A stretch of 59,286 nt of DNA, counting the filler. It is 7 parts of 7 records of this genome, joined end to end, with 100 filler letters (N's around TTAATTAATTAA, not from the genome) between each part and the next. Parts side by side here need not be neighbours in the genome. Positions count along the whole stretch, not along the records: positions 17,559 to 22,946 come from SRR31156797_7675; positions 23,047 to 40,328 come from SRR31156797_7686; 5 more parts are not named here. One strand, given 5' to 3'. This document shows positions 18,604 to 29,209 of this stretch, in pieces; position 1 is the stretch's first letter, and the number at the start of each line of letters is the position of its first letter. A program made the translations under genes and the position numbers. The notes beneath the pieces were generated by a model. That model saw only the letters and a program-made list of their open reading frames with translations, was not told the origin of the DNA and did no database searches.

Positions 18604-20943
18604 TTATTTCTCTGAAGAACCATCCAAAGTTAACTGCACCTTTACCTGATTACGCCCGGCCCCCTTAGCCGCATACAAGCCTATATCCGCAGCCTTGAGC
18701 AACTGCTCCAACGTCTTCGTATGTTCACTATATGTAGCCACACCGATACTTACGGTAATATTCAATCCCCCGGAACGGGTATTCATTTTAGTGGATTCAA
18801 TTTCCGCACGCAGCCTTTCAGCGACCTGAGTCGCCCCTTCAAGTCCGGTATCAGGAAGAAGAATAGAAAACTCCTCTCCACCAACCCTTCCGAAGGCGTC
18901 AATATTACGCAATATTTTAAGCCCTGTTTTTGAGAGACCTTTCAAAACATCATCACCGGCATCATGCCCGTACATATCATTGACCGTCTTAAAATAATCG
19001 ATATCCATCATCAACAGGGAAAGCTCACGTCCATACCTGCGGGTTCGCTCTAGAGCCTCTTCCGCGCTCTCCATAAAAAAACGGCGATTACTTAGTCCGG
19101 TCAAAGAATCAGTGGTAGCCAGCTTGCGCAACTTGTCTTCTGCTTCCTTGCGCTCGGTAACATCCCTGAATGTTCCTACCACCCACCATTGCTCATCCTT
19201 GCGCAAAGGTGAAAGAAGAACTTCAGCAGGAAAGACATCGCCCCCTTTGCGGCGGACGTTTACGGTGAAAGACCCGTAACTGGAAAGCAAACCGTCAATA
19301 TAATTTTCACCAGCTTCAGATGTTTCCAGCGAAAGATTGTCCTCCGCAAAGAAACAGCATTGCAAACTTTCTCCGAGCATTTCATCGGCCCTGAACCCAA
19401 AAATTTTCTCCGCTGCAGGATTCCAAAAATGAACCAACCCTTTTTCATCCATCAGTACCAAAGCATCCTGAACAGAGTCACTTATGCTTTGAAGCATGTC
19501 TTCACGATCCTGCAGGTCCTGCAAGGCCTTTTTCTGAGTACTGATATCGGATGTTGCCCCGCGGAAACCGGTTACAACACCTTCAGCATCAAAAACCGGG
19601 ACTCCGTTGAATTCAAGCCATATTTTACGACCGTCACGGTTGACGAATTTAAAAATCAACCCGTTAAAACTATTCCCAAACTGGGCGGCGTCCAAAAATT
19701 CCTTGCGCACATCCCATGAAGATTCCTCATCGACAAAATCAAAAGGGGAACGACCGATAAGTTCTTCAGCACTGTACCCCAGAACATCCTCGGCTCTACC
19801 GGTAACAAAAACAAAACTCCCGTCAGGTCCTGTCTCCCAAATAAATTCCCCGGCAGCATTAGCCACGTCCATGAATCGCTTCTCGCTGTCCTCCAGAGCC
19901 ATGCGAATATCCTCACTGGCAACGGTTATGGAAGTCTGCCGCCAGAACAAATAACCGAGCATTAAAACGAGAAATGCCAATAAGATAAGCATGATATTGC
20001 GACGCGGAACAACCAGAGCGTCATGGGGAACTCGGGAAACAACCTTCCAGCCCTCACTGAAAACAACATCCTGACGCAAGACATAGTGAAAAGAGTTACT
20101 ATTTAAAGAATCGAAGGTATAAACTCCGTCCGGACCTAAAAACTGTCCATGATTCTTACCGTTTATTTTATTCCAGACCTCAGGAAACTCCTGCTCTATA
20201 AGACCTTCCTTGGGTTTGAAAAGAAATTTCCAGCTATACGTTTCATCCGGGCCGACAATCCAACCACCATCATCATTAACAAGATAGATACCACCAAACG
20301 ACTCAACCCCGGCTTCATTGAAAATCTTAAAAAGCTTGTCCCCGGAAAAATTGATAACTAGGTAACCTGGCTTCATACCGTCCGTGTAAATTTTTTTTAC
20401 AATCCTGATTACAGGGGTATAGGGAACGACCACCCTCCCGAATTCCATGTTCAAGTCAAAACGGGAAATATAGACCTCATCTTTCAGTTTTGCTGCTTCC
20501 TTAATATATCGGCGGTCACTTTTGTCCTGTAGATAATTTCCCGAGACCCGAAGCGGTCTCCCCGCATCAATATTAACCCTGACCAACTCCATCCCCTGAG
20601 AAGAAAGGTAACGAAGCTGGACACACCCCTTGCATCGCGAGCCGAATACGGAAAACAGTTCCGCGATACGTTCACGTTTAGCATAAGAATCGCCCGGTCC
20701 TGCCAATTGTTCCTCAACCAAACCACCAAGAATTGCAGTATATTCAATGTCGGATTCAAGCCAGGAATTAAATGCAGAGATATTACTTTTAACCAGATCA
20801 ACTTCATGATTCTCAACAATACTGAGATACTGGGTCCGCTGAGTAAGCAAGGCCCATGCTGAAACGGCAAGAATAAGCACAGCGACCAAGGAAAATCGCT
20901 TGATAAAATATGAAAACACACTGCTTGATTTATTTATTTTCAT
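18604..20943 (-). CDS. Membrane sensor diguanylate cyclase (Cache-like, 2 PAS, GGDEF)
   Basis: Two TM helices around a periplasmic domain with LQDKSDRRY; two PAS domains; TDSLTGLSNRR; RNID I-site; GGEEF. Confidence 0.9.
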   Translation of the reverse strand: MKINKSSSVFSYFIKRFSLVAVLILAVSAWALLTQRTQYLSIVENHEVDLVKSNISAFNSWLESDIEYTAILGGLVEEQLAGPGDSYAKRERIAELFSVFGSRCKGCVQLRYLSSQGMELVRVNIDAGRPLRVSGNYLQDKSDRRYIKEAAKLKDEVYISRFDLNMEFGRVVVPYTPVIRIVKKIYTDGMKPGYLVINFSGDKLFKIFNEAGVESFGGIYLVNDDGGWIVGPDETYSWKFLFKPKEGLIEQEFPEVWNKINGKNHGQFLGPDGVYTFDSLNSNSFHYVLRQDVVFSEGWKVVSRVPHDALVVPRRNIMLILLAFLVLMLGYLFWRQTSITVASEDIRMALEDSEKRFMDVANAAGEFIWETGPDGSFVFVTGRAEDVLGYSAEELIGRSPFDFVDEESSWDVRKEFLDAAQFGNSFNGLIFKFVNRDGRKIWLEFNGVPVFDAEGVVTGFRGATSDISTQKKALQDLQDREDMLQSISDSVQDALVLMDEKGLVHFWNPAAEKIFGFRADEMLGESLQCCFFAEDNLSLETSEAGENYIDGLLSSYGSFTVNVRRKGGDVFPAEVLLSPLRKDEQWWVVGTFRDVTERKEAEDKLRKLATTDSLTGLSNRRFFMESAEEALERTRRYGRELSLLMMDIDYFKTVNDMYGHDAGDDVLKGLSKTGLKILRNIDAFGRVGGEEFSILLPDTGLEGATQVAERLRAEIESTKMNTRSGGLNITVSIGVATYSEHTKTLEQLLKAADIGLYAAKGAGRNQVKVQLTLDGSSEK

Positions 20944-21034
20944 AAAAATAGGTATCCCGGACGTAAGTTCATTGCGAGCATGGCACAAACCGATCTGATG
21001 TTTCTCAATTGAAATGCACTGCCACAATAAAATA

Positions 21035-21358
21035 TTACATTATTTCGGAATCACGTTCAACGTAATTGGCAAAACTACGAATTCTCTGGGCAGTGCGCAC
21101 TGAAATACCGAACCGCTCAGCCACTTGTGCCGGGGTAGCCCCTTGATCATATGCCTTGAGAATACGTTCACGCAACTTAAGCTTTTGCAACTCATCCAGA
21201 TCAGGAACTGAAACCCTTGTACCGCCCCAGCAATACATCAAACGCTCCGCAGCCTCCCGGCCCAGCACACTGATCAACCCTTCGGCTGACATTGCCCGCC
21301 TCCCATCCATATCAGGAAAAATCCCAGCTCCCGTAACTGACTCCTCCCCCATCTGCAC
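21035..21358 (-). CDS. Mor/C-family (Mu-like) transcription activator
   Basis: LGREAAERLMYCWGGTRVSVP plus C-terminal HTH VAERFGISVRTAQRI. Confidence 0.75.
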   Translation of the reverse strand: MQMGEESVTGAGIFPDMDGRRAMSAEGLISVLGREAAERLMYCWGGTRVSVPDLDELQKLKLRERILKAYDQGATPAQVAERFGISVRTAQRIRSFANYVERDSEIM

Positions 21359-21412
21359 ACTCCTTTACGTTTTTAATTTCACGACAAAAGAAACAATGAC
21401 GGGACACTTTCT

Positions 21413-21535
21413 ATTACCAAAAAAACCCATTTGCAAGCCATTTTATAAAATAATAATACCAATTGGTAAAAAACATCAAAAAACAGAAACTGACTAAGGA
21501 CAATTACCTTAAAAAAGTATACCTATTATTACCAA
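21413..21535. promoter_or_regulatory. Candidate operator array in the divergent Mor/repressor intergenic region
   Basis: Perfect palindrome TACCAATTGGTA at 21457-21468; ATTACCAA half-sites at 21413 and 21528; ATTACC at 21503. Confidence 0.5.
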
Positions 21536-21544
21536 GGAGGAAAC

Positions 21545-22189
21545 ATGGGTTTTTATAATGACACAGTCGAAGGTTTGCGAAACATGATTGGCCAGAATCG
21601 CAAGTATGCCAACCCGACACAAATGGCCAAGGCATGCGGAGTGGCTCCTAACCAGATAATCCGCTATATCAAGCAGGAACGCGGTAAACACATCCAAGTG
21701 CTGGCACGGGTTCTTGACGAGGTCGGCGCCCGAATTATTTTTCCGGAAGGTAAGACCACAAACGGGGATAATTTCTGTACCCCCCCAAGAGCGCTTGCTC
21801 GGGCAGACCGGGACGGTGAAAAACTGAATATTGACGGGAAAGCCCAAGACCTGCTGGCTTTCAACATCAATTGGATGGCAGAGAAAGGAACTCCTGATTC
21901 CATGAAACTGCTGACTGTTACCGGCAATGCCATGGCCCCGCGCATTGAGGACGGCAACCACGTGCTGGTGGATGAATCGCAGAAAGATTTTTTTGAAGGG
22001 CGAATCTACGCTGTGCGCATTGATGAAGAAATCCTGGTGCGGCGGGTGGCAAGAGAACCGGGCAGAATACTCCTCCTCTCCGAAAATCAAGAGATTTCCC
22101 CTGGCCCGATAATCCTTGAAAACAACAACCCTGCACACAACTGGGCCCCCATAGGCAGGGTCGTCTTTGTAGCTAAAGACCTTCTTTAA
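21545..22189 (+). CDS. CI/LexA-like repressor: HTH plus degenerate S24 peptidase domain
   Basis: N-terminal HTH PTQMAKACGVAPNQIIRY; C-terminal VTGNAMAPRIEDGNHVLVD...LVRRV...LLSEN...IGRVV. Confidence 0.8.
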   Translation: MGFYNDTVEGLRNMIGQNRKYANPTQMAKACGVAPNQIIRYIKQERGKHIQVLARVLDEVGARIIFPEGKTTNGDNFCTPPRALARADRDGEKLNIDGKAQDLLAFNINWMAEKGTPDSMKLLTVTGNAMAPRIEDGNHVLVDESQKDFFEGRIYAVRIDEEILVRRVAREPGRILLLSENQEISPGPIILENNNPAHNWAPIGRVVFVAKDLL

Positions 22190-22374
22190 AGATAACAATT
22201 TCATGATTTTCAAAAAAAAAGCTATCACGCTGTTGACAGTTTTTAATAATGACTTACTTTCATTCAATCCCTGCGGCAGGATTCTTTTTCCTACTAACTC
22301 ATGAAAGGTCGCAGCGGTTCACAGGCCAAAAGCCTGAAAGCAAAAAATAGTATCGAAATATTGGAGGAAAACTG

Positions 22375-22659
22375 ATGAAACTTAAGCCGTTAGCAGACCG
22401 TGTTCTGGTCAGACGCCTTGAAGTGGAAGAAACAACCGTTGGCGGAATCATTATCCCCGACTCTGCAAAAGAAAAGCCCCTCAAAGGTGAAGTCATTGCT
22501 GCCGGTCCCGGCAAACTTGATGATGGCTCCAGAATCGCTCTGGGTGTTAAAGAAGGCGACGCCGTTCTTTTCGCTAAATACGCAGGAACTGAAATCAGCA
22601 TTGAAGGCGTAGATCACCTGATCATGCGCGAAGACGACATCCTCGCAGTTGTAGAATAA
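22375..22659 (+). CDS. groES: Co-chaperonin GroES
   Basis: [10 protein letters not shown]...[13 protein letters not shown]...MREDDILA. Confidence 0.97.
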   Translation: MKLKPLADRVLVRRLEVEETTVGGIIIPDSAKEKPLKGEVIAAGPGKLDDGSRIALGVKEGDAVLFAKYAGTEISIEGVDHLIMREDDILAVVE

Positions 22660-22739
22660 TCGGACTGCTCCGGTAATCGCACATACGAACAGCCCTAAGG
22701 CTGAATAATTAAATACATTTCTTTATTCTAAGGAGATAA

Positions 22740-22946
<207 letters not shown>

Positions 22947-23046
22947 NNNNNNNNNNNNNNNNNNNNNNNNNNNNNNNNNNNNNNNNNNNNTTAATTAATT
23001 AANNNNNNNNNNNNNNNNNNNNNNNNNNNNNNNNNNNNNNNNNNNN
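22947..23046. other. Artificial contig linker
   Basis: N44-TTAATTAATTAA-N44. Confidence 0.98.
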
Positions 23047-23091
23047 GAATAAATTCTCGCTGAACCAGCATCTTGAAGTTACTTGAGTATA
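23047..23091. repeat. End of an ERIC-like intergenic repeat/MITE
   Basis: GCATCTTGAAGTTACTTGAGTATA resembles the ERIC terminal repeat as recalled (CTTGAAGTATGACGAGTATA) and sits at a contig break. Confidence 0.45.
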
Positions 23092-23133
23092 AGCTGCTAT
23101 AGTTAAATAAGCTTCAATAACAAAGAGAAAGTT

Positions 23134-25164
23134 ATGGCCATCAGCAAGCTGTATCTAATCACTATATTATTATGTTGCTTTTCTGCCTTCACCGTAGCTC
23201 AAGAGAAAGTTGTTCATCTCGTTACGGGAGAAAGAAGTCCGTACATTGCGAATACCTACCCAGAATACGGTTACGCCTATGATGTGGTAAAAGAAGCATT
23301 TTTAAGGCAAGGATATCGTGTCAAAGTTACCTTCTATCCATGGCCTCGCGCTAACAAACTTATAGAACAAGGCAGAGCCGATGGCATTATGCCCATTCAT
23401 ATAGGTTCGCCTCTAGACAAATCTATCATCGTATCTGACCCATTTCCCGGTGATACAATAGGACTACTTAAACATAAGAACACCAAATATCAGTATCCAG
23501 AAGAGCTTACATACCGCCGACTCATCGATACGCTTAAAGGGCAACATATTGGCATCGTGCGGGGCAGTAATCTGATTCCTGAAATTGAAAATTCCGACTC
23601 CATTAACTTTGTAGAACTGAACCGTGACCTCCAAAGCATGGATATGCTTAATGCTGGCCGAATAAATTTCTCACTTATCGACAAATATACTGCAGCCTAC
23701 TTAATGATCGAAAACCGACCGCAGTACATTGGTCAATTAGAGTTTCAGCAACCGCCTATCGCCGAAATGCCATTTCATATAGGCTTTTCAAGCAAATTCC
23801 CAAACTCAAAGCATTTGGCTGAGATTTTCAACTTTGGTTTAAACCAAATAAAACAAGATGGAGTGCTTCAAGAAATACAAGCCAAACATGGATTACTTCC
23901 CCCTATACCCGATTCAGACAAAATCCACCTTACCATTGGCAGCATAAACAACGCCGATATGCGAATAATGCAATCCCTTAGTTCAGAGTTTGAGAGTAAA
24001 CATACCGATATAAAACTTGAATGGCGGGTTATGGATGAAGTGACATTACGCCGACGACTTCTCAGTGATCTCGCTCTTTCTGATGGGAAATACGATGTGA
24101 TGGTCATTGGTAACTATGAAGTGCCAATTTGGGCGAAAAACGACTGGATAATTCCACTGACAAATCTAAAAGAAGACTATGACGTGAACGATATATTTCC
24201 CTCTCTTCGAGACTCTTTATCTATTGATGAAGAGCTCTATGCTCTCCCTTTTTATGCCGAAAGTATCATGACCTATTACCGCAAAGACTTATTCGAAAAC
24301 GCTGGAATAGAAATGCCGGAAAGTCCCACTTTTACCGATATTCAGAACTTTGCCAGAAAGATTCATGACCCAGACAAAGGGGTTTATGGTATTTGCTTGC
24401 GAGGAAAACCAGGCTGGGGAGAAAACATTGGGATCATTACCAGTATCGTCAATGCTTTTGGCGGGCGCTGGTTCAATGAACAGTGGGAACCCCAATTAGA
24501 CTCAAAAGAATGGAAAGATGCGGTGAGATATTACTATGATCTGGTTATACAATATGGTCCACCTAACGCTGCGAGAAATGGATACAATGAGAACCTAAAG
24601 CTTTTCCTCAATGAACAATGTGGTATCTGGATCGACGCAACCGTTGCGGCTGGCCAACTTTATAATAAGAAACTAACACCAGTGGCAGATAAAGTCGGAT
24701 TTGCGCCTGCCCCTACACAAAAAATCACATCAAACTGGATGTGGACTTGGGCTCTGGCAATACCGGAATCATCTAACCGAAAGGAAGCCGCATTAACCTT
24801 TATCCAATGGGCAACATCGAAGAACTACATAAGAAAAGTCGCTGAAACGACAGGATGGACATCTGTGCCTTCTGGTACCCGCCAATCGACATACAGTTCG
24901 GCTCAATACAAAGAATCCGCTCCGTTTGGGGTATTTGTTGAAAGTGCCATCAACCAAGCTTTTTCAGAGAAAAAAGCCACCACCGAGACTGTACCTTACA
25001 AAGGCATACAATTTGTCGGCATTCCTGAGTTTGTTTCATTTGGCAGTCAGGTAGGGCAAAACATAGCGGATATGCTTCGAGGAAAATTGTCTGTTGATGA
25101 CACCCTGTCAAAGTCTCAACAGGAAGTACGGCAGCTCATGATGGCTGCCGATTATTTGAAATAA
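23134..25164 (+). CDS. Fused double periplasmic solute-binding protein (family 3 domain plus SmoE/MtlE-like polyol-binding domain)
   Basis: Signal peptide; domain 1 has FYPWPRA and FNFGLNQIKQDG; domain 2 has LTIGSINNADM, YALPFYAES, GICLRGKPGWGEN, PYKGIQFVGIPEF. Confidence 0.8.
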   Translation: MAISKLYLITILLCCFSAFTVAQEKVVHLVTGERSPYIANTYPEYGYAYDVVKEAFLRQGYRVKVTFYPWPRANKLIEQGRADGIMPIHIGSPLDKSIIVSDPFPGDTIGLLKHKNTKYQYPEELTYRRLIDTLKGQHIGIVRGSNLIPEIENSDSINFVELNRDLQSMDMLNAGRINFSLIDKYTAAYLMIENRPQYIGQLEFQQPPIAEMPFHIGFSSKFPNSKHLAEIFNFGLNQIKQDGVLQEIQAKHGLLPPIPDSDKIHLTIGSINNADMRIMQSLSSEFESKHTDIKLEWRVMDEVTLRRRLLSDLALSDGKYDVMVIGNYEVPIWAKNDWIIPLTNLKEDYDVNDIFPSLRDSLSIDEELYALPFYAESIMTYYRKDLFENAGIEMPESPTFTDIQNFARKIHDPDKGVYGICLRGKPGWGENIGIITSIVNAFGGRWFNEQWEPQLDSKEWKDAVRYYYDLVIQYGPPNAARNGYNENLKLFLNEQCGIWIDATVAAGQLYNKKLTPVADKVGFAPAPTQKITSNWMWTWALAIPESSNRKEAALTFIQWATSKNYIRKVAETTGWTSVPSGTRQSTYSSAQYKESAPFGVFVESAINQAFSEKKATTETVPYKGIQFVGIPEFVSFGSQVGQNIADMLRGKLSVDDTLSKSQQEVRQLMMAADYLK

Positions 25165-25250
25165 ACGTTCTGTAGCCGCTTATTTAACTCCATTGACCAA
25201 TGAAAATTTTTATTTTCAGCACAGATATTCTCGCAAAAATACCGGTAGAA

Positions 25251-25709
25251 TTAGAACATCGTATTATTATTTGCAGACTTTTCTGGTACAGGTTGACTCA
25301 CATCCCAGTGTTCCACAATCTTTCCATTGTCTAATCTAAATATGTCGACAATAGCAACTCCTTTTTCCCCTGGGGCTCTTACCGCATGAACATGAAGAAT
25401 AACGTAATTACCATCGACAAAACTGGCTTTGATTTCACTATGGGAATCAGGATATGTCTCGCGTAAAAAGGTAACGAATCCACGAAAGCCTTCAGGTCCG
25501 TCAGCGGCGTTAGGGTTATGTTGGATGTAACTATCACCGACGAATTTCAACGCCGCATCAGCATCCTTTTTATTGAGTCCAGCTTCATAGAAATTAAGAA
25601 CAGTTTGACGATACTGCTCTTTTACGGAAAGTTGTTCAGCTGAAAAAACAGGAACACTAAAATTTAAAAATAAAAAAGACAGCAACAAAGTCGTTAGCAT
25701 CTTACGCAT
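25251..25709 (-). CDS. Secreted SnoaL-like (NTF2 fold) protein
   Basis: Signal peptide; YIQHNP, VDIFRLDNGKIVEHWDV. Confidence 0.85.
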   Translation of the reverse strand: MRKMLTTLLLSFLFLNFSVPVFSAEQLSVKEQYRQTVLNFYEAGLNKKDADAALKFVGDSYIQHNPNAADGPEGFRGFVTFLRETYPDSHSEIKASFVDGNYVILHVHAVRAPGEKGVAIVDIFRLDNGKIVEHWDVSQPVPEKSANNNTMF

Positions 25710-25884
25710 ATTGAGTTCCTCAAGGTTAATAATCAATAACTAGCATTATCAGCGCTAACATTGATAACAGATACATTTCACATCGGATATATTGATACTC
25801 ATTATTAATGAGTGGGTGCAGTGTGCCACCTGAAATCGAAAATTGTAAGTACGTACCTTTAGGTAAGTATGGCAACCTCTTAAA

Positions 25885-27234
25885 TTATTGACGATTGAAA
25901 TGCTTAACCCTATTTCGACCAGAATTTTTTGCCATATATAGCGCCGTATCAGCATCCGATAACATATCTTCAATAGATGATTGATGAGTTAAGAAAGAAA
26001 CACCAATGCTAACGGTTAGCTCAATCGATTTGTCGTTATATTTTAAAGGTGACTTGCTCACTAACTCTCGTAATTCATTCGCAATTTCTATTGCTTTATC
26101 ATTTTCAATTCCTGCAAGGATAACCCCAAACTCTTCTCCCCCTAAGCGACCAAATATATCGGTTTCACGAAAGAACTTGCGGCAAATATCCACAAAATGC
26201 TTAAGTGCTTCATCACCTACCACATGACCATAAGAATCATTGACTTGTTTAAAATGATCGATATCCAACACAAGTAAAGAGAGCGAGTAATTGTTTGAAA
26301 GGTGTGTTTGAATTTCTCTTGCCGCTGCACCTAGAAACTGCCTACGATTCCAAATAGACGTAAGAGGATCGGTAGTTGCAGCAATAAATAGTTTTTCTTG
26401 ATACACATCTCTGTCGTGATAATTTTTAGATAGGAGTATGCGTGCAAGAGTAACAGTCACTGCCATTAACGAAAGTAATATTAGTATTACATAACCTGTT
26501 ACATCATCTGATATTTTAGGTGTGTACCAGTACAGATTGGAAATTGGAGTGCTAGTATCAACACCAGCTAGCAGCATAGAATCATTACTCTTAACATCAT
26601 TTGATGTATAGAGGATCGGCAATCTAAATTTCTTACTCAAATTGACTAAATAACTTTGATTTAATTCAACCGCCAACAACAAAAAAGAGTTGTCTATGAT
26701 GTTCCCTTTCTCCTCCTCTCGAAAAGGCTCTAGAGACACCAAAAAAACACCTCCGTTAAGCTTAGCGAAGAAGGAATCGTTAACTTTAACGATGTTTCGA
26801 CGCTCATTCATCATGACCCTTTCTAGAACAGACGAAGAGAGCACTGAAGTAGGTGTTAATTTATTTTCTACCTCACTGGATTCAGCTAATATTTCAACAT
26901 CTTTATTTTTATCAATTAAGATGACATAACTAAGACCATAAGTTGGTATTAAATAGTCTTGATAAGTTGCTTCTATCCACTCTTCATCACGATTCTTAAC
27001 CGTCGAATCATAGCCTTCATCCCAATACGAGTAATCTACATTTAGTTTATAAAGACTATCTTTTTCTATATTAAACGCTATTTCCACACGGCTATGAACA
27101 TCCAGCAAAGATTTATCATCTAAAACCGTCATAAAAAATAAAATCAATGCGGCAATAAGAGTAATTACAATAATGATAAGCCAAGTTACCATCGATATAA
27201 CGGCTCTTGCAGAAAAATAACGTTGGTTATACAT
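25885..27234 (-). CDS. CHASE4-like sensor diguanylate cyclase
   Basis: DYSYWDE periplasmic motif; TDPLTSIWNRR; RETD I-site; GGEEF. Confidence 0.85.
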   Translation of the reverse strand: MYNQRYFSARAVISMVTWLIIIVITLIAALILFFMTVLDDKSLLDVHSRVEIAFNIEKDSLYKLNVDYSYWDEGYDSTVKNRDEEWIEATYQDYLIPTYGLSYVILIDKNKDVEILAESSEVENKLTPTSVLSSSVLERVMMNERRNIVKVNDSFFAKLNGGVFLVSLEPFREEEKGNIIDNSFLLLAVELNQSYLVNLSKKFRLPILYTSNDVKSNDSMLLAGVDTSTPISNLYWYTPKISDDVTGYVILILLSLMAVTVTLARILLSKNYHDRDVYQEKLFIAATTDPLTSIWNRRQFLGAAAREIQTHLSNNYSLSLLVLDIDHFKQVNDSYGHVVGDEALKHFVDICRKFFRETDIFGRLGGEEFGVILAGIENDKAIEIANELRELVSKSPLKYNDKSIELTVSIGVSFLTHQSSIEDMLSDADTALYMAKNSGRNRVKHFNRQ

Positions 27235-27257
27235 AATTATCTTATTCCATAAATAAT

Positions 27258-28832
27258 CTATTGATTATTTAATTCTATTAATGGTTTGGGAGTGAAAAAT
27301 TCCAAATAATCATCTAGCAGCAATGGTTTGCTAAAAAAATACCCTTGCAAATAGTTACAATGCATATCTTCCAATATTTTAATTGTCGCCTCATCCTCAA
27401 CGCCTTCAGCAACAACACTACAATTCAATGATTTAGCTAAAAAAATCATTGAGCTCACGATAGAGTGATTTGAGTTATGCGTGTTCATATCACTAACGAA
27501 CGAACGGTCAATTTTTAATTGCGTTAAGGGAAGATCTTTAAGTAGTGAAAATGAGGAATATCCAGTACCAAAATCATCTAAGCTGAAGGAAAAACCAATA
27601 TTAGATAATTTTGTCATGATAATAGCCGCTTGTTTCAAATCTGTCATCATAGCACTTTCCGTTATTTCAAACGTTAAACGGCTTGGGTCTAATTTTGTCT
27701 TAACTGAAAAGTCACTCAGACAGGAAAGTAACTTGCTATTATGTAAATCTTTGGTGGATAAATTGATATGTAAGCATCCGTCAAATCCATTTTCATCTAA
27801 AATTTCAATATCGTGAATTGCTCTTTTTACCACCCAACAAGTAATATCGTGAATTAACGTACTTTGCTCTGCGATTGGAATAAACTTATCCGGAGGTATA
27901 TACGTACCATCAGGCTGCTGCCATCGGATCAATACTTCTGCTCCATGAACTATCTTGGTTTTACTTTCAATAATTGGTTGATAACAGAGACTAAATTCGT
28001 CATTTTCTATTGCGCATTGGAGCTTGTTAACGATGTCCAGATGTTCCAATATATTTTTATTCAAATCCTCAGAAAAAATCTTCCAGTTGCCCTTACTGCT
28101 TTTAGAAGCGTATAACGCTTGCTCAGCCTGCTGAATGAGATCGTCTGAACTTTTAATCATGCATGGGTATATACTGATACCGATACTAACGCCAACTATA
28201 AAATTCTGATTCTGAACTGAAATAGCCTGAGAAAATAATTTCTGTACCGTGTCTATATCCTGCTCTAAAAGGGAGCTATCACTTCCTTTTCCGACAATTG
28301 CAAACTCGTCACCACCCACTCTAAAAAGTCGGCAATAGGAAGGAAGTGCTTGTGAAATACGATTTGCAACTTGCTTTAAAAGCTCATCGCCAAATGAGTG
28401 ACCAAAAGCGTCGTTAAATTGCTTAAAGTTATTTAAATCGACCAGTAGTATGTGAAATGGTACTGCTCTATCAACTAAACGTTCAATCGACTTAGTAAAT
28501 GAGTATCTATTTTTTAGGTTGGTAATACGATCATGAGTGGACTGAAACTCCTGAAAGAGAATACTATTCAACGAATAATTTGTAACTAAAAAGACAAAAG
28601 CACCACCGCTTAATAGTAAAACACTAAAGGCCAAGTAGGCATTACTGAACTCTTCATGCTGCCAAATATAGATAAAAGAACCAAAATACATCAAAAGAAA
28701 TGAGATAATCAGAATAAACAGAAGCTTCCATCCGGAATCTTTTGTTTTATCTAAAATTCTTTTAGTTGGCCATAAACTGAATGCAAGTAGTACAAAACCC
28801 ACAAAAACTGAAAATAACGTAATTAACTTCAT
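27258..28832 (-). CDS. Membrane GGDEF-EAL protein
   Basis: 3 N-terminal TM segments; GGDEF; EVLIRW; EITES; DDFGTGYSS; VAEGVE; LQGY. Confidence 0.9.
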   Translation of the reverse strand: MKLITLFSVFVGFVLLAFSLWPTKRILDKTKDSGWKLLFILIISFLLMYFGSFIYIWQHEEFSNAYLAFSVLLLSGGAFVFLVTNYSLNSILFQEFQSTHDRITNLKNRYSFTKSIERLVDRAVPFHILLVDLNNFKQFNDAFGHSFGDELLKQVANRISQALPSYCRLFRVGGDEFAIVGKGSDSSLLEQDIDTVQKLFSQAISVQNQNFIVGVSIGISIYPCMIKSSDDLIQQAEQALYASKSSKGNWKIFSEDLNKNILEHLDIVNKLQCAIENDEFSLCYQPIIESKTKIVHGAEVLIRWQQPDGTYIPPDKFIPIAEQSTLIHDITCWVVKRAIHDIEILDENGFDGCLHINLSTKDLHNSKLLSCLSDFSVKTKLDPSRLTFEITESAMMTDLKQAAIIMTKLSNIGFSFSLDDFGTGYSSFSLLKDLPLTQLKIDRSFVSDMNTHNSNHSIVSSMIFLAKSLNCSVVAEGVEDEATIKILEDMHCNYLQGYFFSKPLLLDDYLEFFTPKPLIELNNQ

Positions 28833-29209
28833 ATAGTTAGGTTACCAAACACACGACAACTCATCTCATTTCATAAATTTCAGTGATAAAATTTACTTTG
28901 TTAATAATGTTTTTCAATGATCGAAATCGGCCTCTTAACTTTCGTTTTTGTAAATTATTGATTCACGCATACAGAAAATCCAATAACTCACAGTTCTATC
29001 AATAAAAGAAGCTAAATCAACAAGTAAAAACCATACTTTAAAGGTAGTTTGTTTTCGTGAGTTCAACAATAATGATATTTGAGAATGATAATATGTTGGA
29101 GTTATAAAAACGATGAAGTGAATAATACAATTTCCGCAGTACATCATTACCTTCTTCTATCAAAGCCAATTCAAAATATAAAACGACTGTCTATTTGATA
29201 AAAGAGAAC

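Noticed and set aside
21509-22267. 252-aa minus-strand ORF
   Set aside because: Shadow of the CI/S24 gene, which has clear motifs and an RBS.
22190-22374. CIRCE element or riboswitch upstream of groES
   Set aside because: No TTAGCACTC-N9-GAGTGCTAA; only weak pairing (CTGCG/CGCAG) with no recognisable riboswitch core.
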